A DNA stretch of 64,000 nt from Eledone cirrhosa (Eukaryota). Where the stretch lies: the NCBI GenBank assembly GCA_964016885.1, contig OZ024740.1, positions 202,616,001 through 202,680,000 of the forward strand. Reading direction: 5' to 3'. How positions within the stretch are numbered: position 1 is the stretch's first letter; the number at the start of each line of letters is the position of its first letter. The notes beneath the pieces were generated by a model. It was given only the letters and a program-made list of their open reading frames with translations. It was not told the origin of the DNA and searched no databases. This document shows, in pieces, positions 41,597 through 53,839 of this stretch. A program made the position numbers and the translations under genes.

Positions 41597-44500
41597 ATCA
41601 TCATCATAATAATTTTACGTCCGCTTTTCCCTGCTTGCAAGGGTTGGACGGGTCCTATTCAGCGCACCATCTCTCCACTTGTCACGGTCCTTTGTCATCT
41701 CCTCGGTGAGTCTCAGCAATCTGAGGTCTGCTCTTACCACTTCCGCCCATGTTTTTCGTGGTCTATCTCTACTGTGTCTTCCCTCCACTGGGACTTCCTG
41801 GCACTTCTTCACCCAGCAGTCATCCTCCATGCGCATCACATGTCCATACCATCTCAGCCTTCTCTCCTGCACACCACAATTTATCCTTCTTATACCCAGT
41901 TTCTTTCTCAACTCATCTATGCTTGGTCGTTCACGAACATTGACATTGCACATCCAACGGAGCATACTTGCTTCATTTCTCTCCAGCCATCGCATATCTT
42001 CTGCATTGCTGCCCATGTCTCACTACCATACAGCATCACGCATCTCACACAGGCATCATATAACCGTCCTTTCGTATGCAGGGAGAAACTCTTCTTTGTC
42101 AACAGGGGAAGCAGCTCCCTAAACTTCTTCCAACCCGTCCTTATTCTAGATACTATGGCCTCGGACCTCCCCCCCCCCCCCTCCCATGCTAATCTGATCA
42201 CCTAGGTACCAGAAGCTATCAACCACTTCTATAGAACCCACCTGCATTGGAAAAATGAGTCTATCACAGCGATTTCTACTGCCAACTTTCCCTGTACATC
42301 TACTGCATACATAGTTTTCCCTACCTGTTAGTTTCCCTGCTATCCCACTACATTTCTTGTGTACGCAAGATCTGTATTGCATACATTTTATGCCAGTTCC
42401 TTTCCTACATATCGAACATGGCCATTTCCCTGATGGAGTATTGTCCTCTCTTCTACTTATCAACACTTTGTTTCAGCTATGTTCACTCTCAGTCCTCTTG
42501 ATTCCAACTGCTGTTTCCATAGCCAGAATTTAATCTCTATCTCCTCTACTGATTCTGCTATAAGAACCAGATCATCAGCATAGAGAAGTTCCCATGGGGA
42601 TCCAGTCTTAAACTCCTCTGTTATAGCTTGGAGGACTATAATGAACAAGAGTGGGCTGAGGACCGAACCTTGATGTACACCTTCTTGTATCTGGAATTCC
42701 TCACTAAACTCCATTCCTATTCTCACTTTACTGACAGCACCCCTGTACATAACTTGCCTGTCCTCACAAGCATTCCTCTACACCTAGTTTCCTTAGGGAC
42801 CACCAGATGACAGATCGGGGTACTCTATCAAAGGCCTTCTCTAGGTCAACAAAAGCTAAGTATAGTGGCTTATTCTTCTCTAACAACCTCTCTTGTAGTT
42901 GCCTCACTAAGAAGAGGGCATCTGTTGTACTTTTCCGAGGCACAAAACCAAACTGCATCTCATCTAAATTCACCCTTTCTCTAATCAGTTGCGCTAATAT
43001 TATCTCTGCCACTTTCATAATCTGATCCATCAGCTTTATACCCCTATAATTGCTCCTCTCTAGAGCATCCCCTTTACCTTTGTAGCAATTTATGAGAATA
43101 CTGCTGCACCAGTCTTTGGGTATAACACCACCATATATAGGTTGATTAATGATGCATGCAACTAATTTAGTGCCTACTTCTCGTGATGCCTTCAGCATCT
43201 CAGCAACTATCCCCGATAGTCCAGCAGCCCTACCTTTCTTCATTTCCTTAATTGCCTCTTGTACCCTATATTCGTCAATCTCAATAGCTGGTCCCTCTGT
43301 CGGGTCTTCTGGGGGTAATTCCTCTCTGTCCCATTCGCTCTCTACATTCATCAGTCTCTCATAATGACATTTCCAAGCCTCCTTCTTTTGATCATTCGTG
43401 ACACTAAGTACACCGGCATCATTCCGGCCACACTTATCTTCAACAACATCCTGATTTTCACTGACACACTGCCTTGCAATGCGGAACACCGCATGGCTCT
43501 GATCTTCCCGTCGCAGAACATTGGCAAACCTCCTACTCTCAGCCTCCCTGCGTGCTAAGTACACCTGATGTCTAACTTCTCTCTTAGTGGCTGTGTTTCC
43601 GTCTCTACTCCCACCATTTTTCCAATCTTTCCATGCCAGTCTTTTGTCTCTAATAGCCTTATCTACTGTGCTGTTCCACCACCAGGTCACTCCCTGTCTG
43701 ATTAAAGCTCTGCCCCAACCACAAGCTTCTTCAGTAGCCTGCAGTAAGTTGTCACGCAAGAAATTTCAGTTATCATCTATGTCATACGTCTCTAAATCGT
43801 CTTCTTTTTTGTCGTACACATCTTGAAGGGCTTTGCTAAATTTATATTTTAATGAAAGGGCTTTTAGCTTCCAGACCTTTCTTTTCCACACCTTCCTGTA
43901 TGTCTCATTCTTTCTCTTGCTTACTGAGATGTCACTAACGACTAACCTATGCTGTGGGGTACATTTTTCCCCAGGGTATGCCTTAGTATTTGACACCATC
44001 CGTCTGTCTCGCTGTCTAACTAGCAGGAAGTCAATCTGGCTATGTGCTCGCATGATTTGTAGGTTATTAGGTTGTTGGTAGGCTTCTGGAAGTTAGTGTT
44101 GCAAATGGTTAGTGCATTTGCATCACAAAATTCAAGAAGCCTCACTCCTTCTTCATTTCTTGAGCTGTAACCATGCCCACCATGTACCCCAGTGTATCCA
44201 TCCTAGAGCTGTCCAACACGTCCATTGAAGTCCCCTGCTAGCATAACGATGTCTCTGTCCTCTGTCATTGAGGCTATTTGTAAAAGTCTTTCTCTTTTTT
44301 ACCTTTACAATCAGAGATGATTGTCAGTAGTCTCTTGCCTACAACTAACCTAAGCTTAATTATTCTATTACTAACTCTAACTACCTCTATTGTCTTATTG
44401 ATCCATCTCTCAGCCAGTAATATGCCCACCCCACCTAACCCATCATCATTACCCACCCAGAAAAGCTTATAACTACGATGTTTGCCTGTGATTAGTCTTG

Positions 44501-44648
44501 CAGAAGCACCTCTCCATCTCACCTCTTGCACACAGCACACATCCACATGCCTTCTCTCTAGCATCTCTGCAATCTCACCAGATCTACCTGTTAGAGTGCC
44601 AACATTAAGTGTGGCAACTCTGAGATGCGACGTCCCGTTCTTTTTCCT
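41597..44648 (-). mobile_element. Near full-length, inactivated RTE-clade LINE (APE endonuclease + RT + PHD-like insertion)
   Basis: APE: LRVATLNVGTL..DVCCVQEVRW, QIDFLLV, QHRLVV. RT: KGKGDALERSNYRGIKL, QFGFVPRKSTTDA, FVDLEKAFDRVPR, GVHQGSVLSPLLF, LLYADDLVL. C-terminus [16 protein letters not shown], then tail gcaagcagggaaaagcggacgtaaaa(t/gat)n. Multiple frameshifts and stops; (TA)n on both flanks. Confidence 0.95.
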
Positions 44649-47021
44649 CATATATATATATATGAGCAAGACATGGCCACCTGGCCCAACTTGTCTCAAA
44701 CGGGATAACCCGTCTAACCCATGCTAGTGTGGAAAGAAGTGTACGTTAAACGGTGATGATGATGATGATGATATAGGGTCTGGAACTTGCTGTTGAAATG
44801 GCAAGAGATCAGCCTTCGGGGTCCCGACTCTTTATAATCTATAAAATAATTTATCAAAGTTGCATTTGCACAAAGGCAACACAAGTTATAGAGATAATTG
44901 AAATATAATTATTATTTCTCTCCTAAAATGAATAATTAGTTGATTAGGCTATTAATAACTACTCTAATTAACATACTTAATCAAAAATGTAGTTGTTATC
45001 ATTGCTTGACTCTGGCTGGCCTTAGCTCTGATCATACTTAGTTAGTAGTTGAAGTATATACAGGCATGGCAATTGGTTAAACAGTTTGTTTCACAATCGT
45101 TAGATGCTGGGTTTGATTCCACTGCCTGGCATCTTGAACAGGTGTCATTTATCATAGACTTTGATAAACCTATGTGTGAATGGTTAGTTTTAACTTAGAC
45201 ATGGGGGGAGGTGGTGAGAGCAGACCTCAGTTTGCTGAAGCTCACGGTGGAGATGACGAAGGACCGTGACAAGTGGAGAGATGCTGTGCTGAATAGGACC
45301 CGTAACACCCTTGCAAGCAGGGAAAAGCGGACGTAAAATGATGATGATGATGATGATGCCATAGACACAAACACACGCGCACACACACACGTGATATTTA
45401 ATTTTGGTTGATAGATCTACCTCCTGGGGCCTCTGTGAATGGTGTAAGGCAAAGTTGACCTCTGTAGAATTTAAGCTCAGAACACAGAGAGTCGCAAGAA
45501 ACACCACAAGATATTCTATTTTGACAACTCTGTCAATTCATCACCTTGTATTACATATTCACCACCAATATTTAATATTGGGTGTGTATATTCAGTTTAT
45601 AATAGATACAATCTGTTCCTGCATGTCATGAGAAATAACTAAAATGATTTGTGCCAGGAAGAGCATTTGGTCACAAAACATTACTTCAAAAGGGAGCTTT
45701 GATTAGCACAAAGCTTGTTATGGGACCCACAAGGCTAAATGTCCTTTAAATGTTTGTGCACTTGTAATGCATACTCTTCTTGAACAGATGATAAAAACAT
45801 GGTGATGGTGATGATTATATAGAGTAATAAAAGTATTTTTGTCCTCTTAATTCATATGCAGTAAGACTTGGCCCTTAAGTGCAGAACATTTGCAGTGGCT
45901 TAAAAGAAATGAGGCATGCATGCTTCACTGGATGTGTAATGCTAGTATACATGGATAATAAAGGACAAATGAACTGAGAGAAAAGCTGGGAAGAAGAGAA
46001 ATTGAATGTAGTGTGCAAAAGAGATTATTGTACTGGCATGGTCATGTGATGCATAAGCTGAGTGAGGGTTGTATAAAAAAAAGGTGCCAAGCACTTAAAG
46101 TTAACAGAACTTGTGGTAGAGGGAGACCAAAGAAGACTGGGTACAAAGATATAAAGATGACCTCAAGAAATTAGACCTCATAAAGAAGTTGAAACAGGAC
46201 CAAGTTGACTGGGGACTCACCCACCAGTACAGGCTCTGTGGTAATAAAAGTAAATATAGCAAGAGGTCAGAGTTGTGGAGAGGCCCTCCCTTTTTTGCAT
46301 GCAGGGGATGTGATAAACTCTTTTGTGATGGTCTCACAATGGAACACACTCAGTACCCCACCACCACCACCAACACCAACAGGCCAAGAAAGACAACATC
46401 AAATAGATTGGGCCATTTGGCCCTGTCAATAACTTGATAACCTCTCTAATTTGAGCTTGAAAATAAAATGTATCCATTGCATGATTACGTAAGGGCTTCA
46501 TAATTACCTCATAGTTATATGATTACATAAGTGTTTTATGGTTATAATATTACATCTTGGTTATATGACCTCCACTGTTCTCATCTCATCATATGACATC
46601 ATGTCATTTGATACCTTATCTAAAGTGTTATTCTATATGGCTGGCCAGATGTTTTGTGTTGTTACCATTAACTCTTTGTTTAATTAGGGTTCACATAATG
46701 TATGGTTGATAAAGTTGGGTTGGGGGTCATTTAGTACGGCTATAAAAGTTCATCATCATATCTCAACCATTATCATCCTTATATTACCATCATCCTCATC
46801 GTCTTTTCATCCTTTTTTCATGCTCACTTGGATTGGACAAGATCTTATCTCGCAGGATTTTCTATTACTGGATTTTCTTCATGACATTATTGCCAGCAGC
46901 ATTATTGTCTTCATTATCATTTAACATCCACTTTCCATGCTTGCATTTGTTGGACGAATTTTCATGGTCAAAGCTGGGCTTTGTTACAGTTTCTGTCTAC
47001 CATATTCACTCATAAGACTTG

Positions 47022-47200
47022 GGTCAGCCTGAGCTAAAAGTGAAAAATCAGCTGCCCAATGTTCCACACAGTGGTTCATCTTTCATATTAGGTCAGCCTG
47101 AGCTAACAGTGAAAAATCAGCTGCCCAATGTTCCACACAGTGGTTCATCTTTCATATTAGGTCAGCCTGAGCTAACAGTGAAAAATCAGCTGCCCAATGT
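47022..47200. repeat. 69-bp tandem repeat (~2.6 copies)
   Basis: ggtcagcctgagcta..gtgaaaaatcagctgcccaatg starts at 47022, 47091 and 47160. Confidence 0.9.
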
Positions 47201-47689
47201 GCTGTGCAGTTCTCTCATATTATACAGTGGAACAGAGATGAGGTAGAGTTCAGGTAGTACCACTATGTTACGTAGTGTAGAAATGGTAGAGTAATAGAAA
47301 TCTAAAGGAATTAATATTAAAATATAAAGTGGAGGCACATGGCTTAGTGGTTAGAGTATTGGCCTTGCAATCGAAAGGTTGTGAGTTCAATTCTCAGACC
47401 GGGTGATGTGTTGTTTCCTTGAGCAAGACACTTTATTTCACATTGCTCCAGTTTACTCAGCTGTAGAAATTAGATGATAGAGACTGGGGTTCATATCATT
47501 CCACTGTAAAGTGGTCATGTAGGTGCCTCAGAAAAAAAGCATCCAGCACTCACTGCAAATGAGGTTGGTGTTAGGAAGGGCATCCAGCTGTAGAAATCAA
47601 GCCAGAATCAGTTCCCGTCCCGTGTGTATACATGTGTGTGTGTGCGCATGTACATGTGTGTGTGTGTATATACATGTGTGTGTTGTTGT

Positions 47690-48044
47690 TGAGAGGAGAT
47701 TGGATGGCACATATACCCGCCTCTTAATGAGAGTGCAAAACCTATCCTGGAAACGACATCCCACCTTGTCTAAAATCTATGGCAAACTCCCTCGAGCCTC
47801 TGCCCTTCTAAAATCCCGGAGAGCTCAATTTACTGGCCACTGTCACAGTGCCAGCAATGAAATCATATCCGCTCTCTTGCTCTGGAACCCTGACTCCAGC
47901 CTGACTAGGAGTAGGAAGCTGTCATTCCCTGACGTTATCTCTAGGGATACGGGAATCAGTAGACAGGACCTGGGGGACAGGGAATTCTGGGGCATGAGAG
48001 TGAGATCCATCATCTCGACAGTAGTCGACAAATGATGATGATGA
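47690..48044 (+). mobile_element. 5'-truncated non-LTR retrotransposon 3' end (RTE/RTEX-like, a different family)
   Basis: ERRLDGTYTRLLMRVQNLSWKRHPT..IYGKLP..RRAQFTGHC..LLLW, then a (TGA)n tail. Inserted in a (TG)n tract. Confidence 0.7.
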
Positions 48045-48447
48045 CATGTGTGTGTGTGTGTATATACTATGTGAGTGTGTATGTATATGTTTATGCATGT
48101 ACATGTGTGTGTATATACATGTGTGTGTGTGTATATACTATGTGAGTGTGCATGTATATGTTTATGCATGTACATGTGTGTGTGTGTGTATATACTATGT
48201 GAGTGTGCATGTATATGTTTATGCATGTACATGTGTGTGTGTGTATACATGTGTGTGTGTGTGTATATACATGTGTGTGTGTGTATATACTATGTGAGTG
48301 TGCATGTATATGTTTATGCATGTACATGTGTGTGTGTGTATATACTATGTGAGTGTGCATGTATATGTTTATGCATGTACATGTGTGTGTGCATGTATAT
48401 GTGTTTATGCATGTACATGTGTGTGTGCATGTATGTGTTTATGCATG

Positions 48448-48478
<31 letters not shown>

Positions 48479-48672
48479 ATACATGTGTGTGTGCATGTAT
48501 ATGTGTGTGTGTACATGTACATGTTTGTGTGTGCATGTACATGTGTGTATGTGCATATACATGTGTATGTGTGCATGCATGTGTGTACGTGTACATGTGT
48601 CTGTGTGTGTGTGCATATGTGTACAGGTGTGTGTGTGCATATACATGTATGTGTATGAACATGTGTGTGTGT
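48045..48672. repeat. Compound (TG/TA/CATG)n microsatellite with ~50-bp higher-order units
   Basis: Directly visible. Confidence 0.9.
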
Positions 48673-50164
48673 GAAGACACACTGATTAGTTGTTAAGGTG
48701 TTTGACTCACAATCATAAAGTTGTAGGTTCAGTTCCTATCAGTACATTGTGTCCCTGTTCAATACTCTTTCTTCATGTTAAGCCAGTCCATTCAGCTGGG
48801 AAATATGAGTTGTACCAGTAATTCAACGGGTCAACCTTGTCACACAGTGTGTCACATTAAATCTCCTTGAGAAGTATAACATTAATGGTACATTTGCATG
48901 GTGGATTGGCATCGGTGGATTGGCAGTATCGGTAGAGGGCCGGACGCCATGCTTTGAAGCATAGAGTTACATCCCTTTATGATCTGAGTTCAAATCCCGC
49001 CGAGGTTAACTTTGCCTTTCATCCGTACGGGGTCGATAAAATAAAGTACCAGTAATGTACTGGGTAATTGCTGGCCTTGTGTCAAAAGTAGAAACAATTA
49101 ATGGTACATTTGCTCATTAATTTCACATGTAGGCTGGAACACACATCATTGGAACCAACACAAATCCCACCATATATACATGTGTATATTAGTATGGTAG
49201 TGTATAGTACTGAAGGTGGGTGTATATTATCCACAATGATATATTCTTCTAAAACAACACAGAGCAAATAAAACAGCTTTAGTTTTTCTTCCTGCCAGGA
49301 GTTCCTATCTGAAGTTAAGAAAATTTCTATTTCTAAATCAGAATTTTATGCTAGCCTGTCTTTATGAAATGCCAAATAAACAGCTGTTGCTGTAAAAATT
49401 TCAGTATTTCACTAGCTATTTCAGCTGGATCCACATTATTTGTCCTTCCAGCTGACATCACAGATTTCATTCCTCTGCCATGATCAACACATACTTAAAT
49501 CACAGCTATTTTGTTAAATCTTTATTTTAGTTCTGCTTCCTCCCCCTCTCTTCCTCTCTATTTCTCTGCCTGTGTTTGTATTTGTGTGCATAAATATATA
49601 ATATAATATAGTAGTTAGGATTTTTTGGTATGTATGTAAGTGTGTATATATATGTGTGCATGTGTGTATATATATATATGTATGTGTGTGGAGGACAACT
49701 GGAAATTTTCATGTGACAACCTTTTGCAAACTACCGATGTGAGTCTCAGCGATCTGAGGTCAGTTCTCTGCCCAGGTCTTGGTATCATCATCATCATCAT
49801 CATCATCATCATACGTCCGCCTTTTCCCTGCTTGCAAGGGTGGGACGGGAACTGATTCTGGCTTGATTTCTACAGCTGGATGCCCTTCCTAACACCAACC
49901 TCATTTACAGTGAGTGTTGGATGCTTTTTTGCCATGGCGCCTACACGACCACTTTGCAGTGGAATGATAGGGACCCCAGTCCCTATCATCTCATTTCTAC
50001 AGCTTAGTAAACTGGAACAATCTGAAATAAATTGTCTTGCTCAAGGAAATAACACATCACCCGGTCTGAGAATTGAACTCACAACCTTTCGATTGCAAGG
50101 CCAATGCTCTAACCACTAAGCCATGTGCCTCCATATATGTATATATATATATGTATGTATATAT

Positions 50165-50762
50165 AATAAATGTAATCTGAGTTTTTCGAATATTAATAAT
50201 AACATTCGATTCGTTTGCAATTATGCAAACAAGCCTCAATTTTATAGCCATGTCAGTAGAATGAACACTTCATTCTTGCTCTTGTGTTGGCATGTGAACA
50301 GAACTGCAGACACTAATGTTTCTGGGTATCACCCTTCATCAGTACAGCTCACTGTTCACCTGCCAACTGTCAGAGCTAGTGAAAATATATACTATTTTCA
50401 AAAATACACAGTGACTGATCGGTCTGATTTGCATATTAGCAGACTGGCTGACCAGTCAGATCTGCATAGTAGCAAATCCATTGATCAACCAGATTTGCAT
50501 ATCAGCAGAATGGCCGGCTTTGCCAAATTCAAATAAAAAGAAAATTTTCCCTCTACATGGCTGAATAAATGTAATCAGAGTTTTTCGAATATTAATAATA
50601 ACATTCGATTCTGTTTACATGCCAACACAAGAGCAAGAATGAAGGGTTCATTCTACTGACATGGCTATAAAATTGAGGCTTGTTTGCATAATTGCAAACG
50701 AATCGAATGTTATTATTAATATTCGAAAAACTCAAATTACATTTATTGTATTCAGCCTTGTA
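50165..50762 (-). mobile_element. Non-autonomous hammerhead-containing element (retrozyme-like / non-autonomous Penelope-like)
   Basis: 399-bp monomer with terminal redundancy (50165-50212 = 50564-50611), an internal type I hammerhead on the minus strand, an inverted arm at 50609-50762, no credible ORF, and (TA)n on both sides. Confidence 0.7.
50294..50359 (-). ncRNA. Type I hammerhead ribozyme
   Basis: Minus strand: gtgaacagtgagctgta-CTGATGA-a-gggt-gat-accc-a-GAAA-ca-ttag-t-GTC^tgcagttctgttcac. Stem I has ~15 bp (2 G-U pairs, one 2-nt bulge), stem II is gggt/accc, stem III is short. Predicted cut between 50309 and 50308. Confidence 0.75.
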
Positions 50763-51178
<416 letters not shown>

Positions 51179-51785
51179 TCATCATCATTATCATCGTTTA
51201 ACGTCCCTGTTCCACGCTTGCATGGGTTTGGACGGGGATTTTCCCACTTGAGGCAAGAGTGGTTGTCTTGCTCGCATAGGACTGTCTGGCGGGTTTTCTA
51301 CAGCTGGATGCCCTTCCTAACACCAACCACATTTACAGTGTGGGGCTGGGAGGTTTTTACCGTGTTGCCTACACGGTCACATTACAGCGTGGACTGTGTG
51401 TTTTTTTGTCGTGACACCTACACGATCTCGTTTGTTTCGGCCTGGATGTTGTGGCACCAACATAACTTTGCATTGAAGGGGGCGGTGTGGATGGGGTGGG
51501 ACGGGGCTGTATTTTGTTAGAGATGCCTACTGACTAGTAGGCTTTACTTTGTATTTAGGTAAGGCGGGTCTTCTCTATTACTGAGTACCGCCAAAGGTCT
51601 CGGTCCAGTGACATTGTCTTGGAGAGGTGTAAGTGTGTGAGGTCGGAATTTATCAGCTCGTCCCAGGTTTTCCTGGGTCTGCCTACTCCGTGGCTACCAT
51701 CTATCTTTATTGCCCTGCACTTTGTTATACAGCTGTCGTCTTTCATGCGCATCACGTGACCATACCAACGTAGCCTTCTCTCGAG
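51179..51785 (-). mobile_element. 5'-truncated RTE LINE, near-identical inverted copy of 20202-20806
   Basis: Minus strand reads [29 protein letters not shown], followed by the same UTR and tail. Embedded in (TA)/(TG) tracts. Confidence 0.85.
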
Positions 51786-51797
51786 TAAACAACATCT

Positions 51798-51855
51798 GAT
51801 ATATATACATATGTATATATATATATGTATATATATGTATGTATATATATATATG

Positions 51856-51895
<40 letters not shown>

Positions 51896-52309
51896 TATAT
51901 GCATGTATGTATGTATATATGTATGTATATATGTGTGTATATGTGTATATATATGTATATATATGTGTGTATATGTATGTGTGTATATATATATGTATAT
52001 GTATGTGTGTATATATATGTGTACATATATATGTATATATATGTGTACATATATATGTATATATATGTGTACATATATATGTATATATATGTGTATATAT
52101 ATATGTGTATATATATATGTATATATGTGTATATATATATGTATATATATATGTATATATGTGTATATATATGTATATATACGTGTGTATATATATGTAT
52201 AAATATGTGTGTATATATATGTATATATACGTGTGTATATATATGTATAAATATGTGTGTATATATATGTGTATATATATATATGTGTGTGTATATATGT
52301 GTGTATATA

Positions 52310-52352
<43 letters not shown>

Positions 52353-52361
52353 ATATATATG

Positions 52362-52394
<33 letters not shown>

Positions 52395-52580
52395 ATATAT
52401 ATGTATATATATATATATATGTGTGTGTATATATATGTATATATATATGTGTGTGTATATATATGTATATATATATATATATGTGTGTGTATATATATGT
52501 ATATATATATATGTGTGTGTGTGTATATATGTATATATATATGTGTGTGTGTGTATATATATGTATGTGTGTGTGTGTAT
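51798..52580. repeat. Long compound (TA)n/(TG)n microsatellite
   Basis: Directly visible. Source of the 250-340 aa YIYI/THTH ORFs. Confidence 0.95.
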
Positions 52581-52940
52581 AAGCATACATTCTCTGTGTT
52601 TGTCACCTACTTAAGTTTGTTTTAGTTATTCATTACCAAAAGTCTGCTACTGTTTCTAATTTGTTTACTAATATGTTAGCTTGTCTATTAATGACTAAAC
52701 TACTCTATTTGTATGTGTCTGGCTATATGTATGTGTATGTCTGTGTATGTATGTGTATGTGTCTGGCTATATGTATGTGTATGTCTGTGTATGTATGTGT
52801 GTATGTATATGTCTGTCTATATGTATGTGTGTGTATGTAAGAGAAAGAAATATGTTAGTTTGTGTATTAATGACCTAACTACTGCATGTGTATATGTATG
52901 TGTATGTATGTACATATGTATGTACGTATGTATATATGTA

Positions 52941-53513
52941 TCCCAGTACAACCTGTCTCATGGTCGGGTCGTTGGCAACTAAACTGGCAACCCCACCAAG
53001 GTTTCTTGGTGAGGAGGGTGACTTTGGACATCCTGCAGGACTAAAAACAAAACCTGTCAAAGGGCAAAGGAGCTCTTAAGAGTCAATGGCCATCCAAAAT
53101 CACCGGGACAGATGACCCCTTAGCCTTTTTCAAGGCAGAATTCTAGGAGAAGGAAAACTCTGATATAACACCTGCAACTCTGATGGTATCCAATGATGTT
53201 GACTTGTTCTTCTTTTTGGTAAATATCATCTTGGTTAAGAGAGTGGGACTGGCTTTGTGCAGTGCCTTTGCTCACTATAAAAGCTTCACGGCACAGGCAT
53301 TGCTTTATATCTGGAGATCTCTCTGCACTTGTCGTCACATGGTACCATGGGCCCAGCACTGTGTCAATAATTGTCACAAGTGTAGTGTTTGTACCAGAGT
53401 TTTCAAGTCGCTGGCTGGACTAAGAAGTCACACTCGTCAGCGCATCGGTAGGGGTTCTCCTACATGGATATAAAGTAGTGGCCGTACTCGAAAACGAGTT
53501 GGCAGCCACCATG
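52941..53513 (+). mobile_element. Short internally deleted RTE-derived element (UTR-like 5' part + C-terminal C2H2 zinc finger + 3' end)
   Basis: HKCSVCTRVFKSLAGLRSHTR at ~53375-53440 resembles the C2H2 finger ending RTE/BovB ORFs. The GC-richer 5' part holds a perfect hairpin caccaag-gttt-cttggtg. Confidence 0.45.
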
Positions 53514-53805
53514 TTAGTTTGTCTATTAATGACATTATTAACTGCATGTGCGTGTGTATATATATATATATATGTATTATGTATGTTCGTGAATGTTGAC
53601 ATGTGTGTGTATATGCATGTATGTTTGTAGATTGTTTGCTTGTCTATTAATGAACAAACTACTACATGTGTGCATGTTTCTATATGTTTGTGTAAGCATA
53701 TACACGTGTGTGTACACACACACACACGTGTATGTGTTTATAATATGTGATAGCTTGCCTTTTAATGACCAAAGTAATTTCTTTCATTTGTACAATGTGT
53801 GTGTG

Positions 53806-53837
<32 letters not shown>

Positions 53838-53839
<2 letters not shown>

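Noticed and set aside
41366-42205. 279-aa plus-strand ORF (also 62408-63106)
   Set aside because: Antisense shadow of SINE + RTE (or PLE) sequence.
47019-47246. Repeat-protein ORF GQPELTVKNQLPNVPHSGSSFIL x3
   Set aside because: A 69-bp unit is a multiple of 3, so the frame stays open trivially. No splice signals or recognisable domain.
51555-52625. Long 250-340 aa ORFs (also 48046-48696 and 50592-51194)
   Set aside because: Translations of TA/TG dinucleotide repeats. Only the last ~75 aa of 51555-52586 is real RTE sequence.
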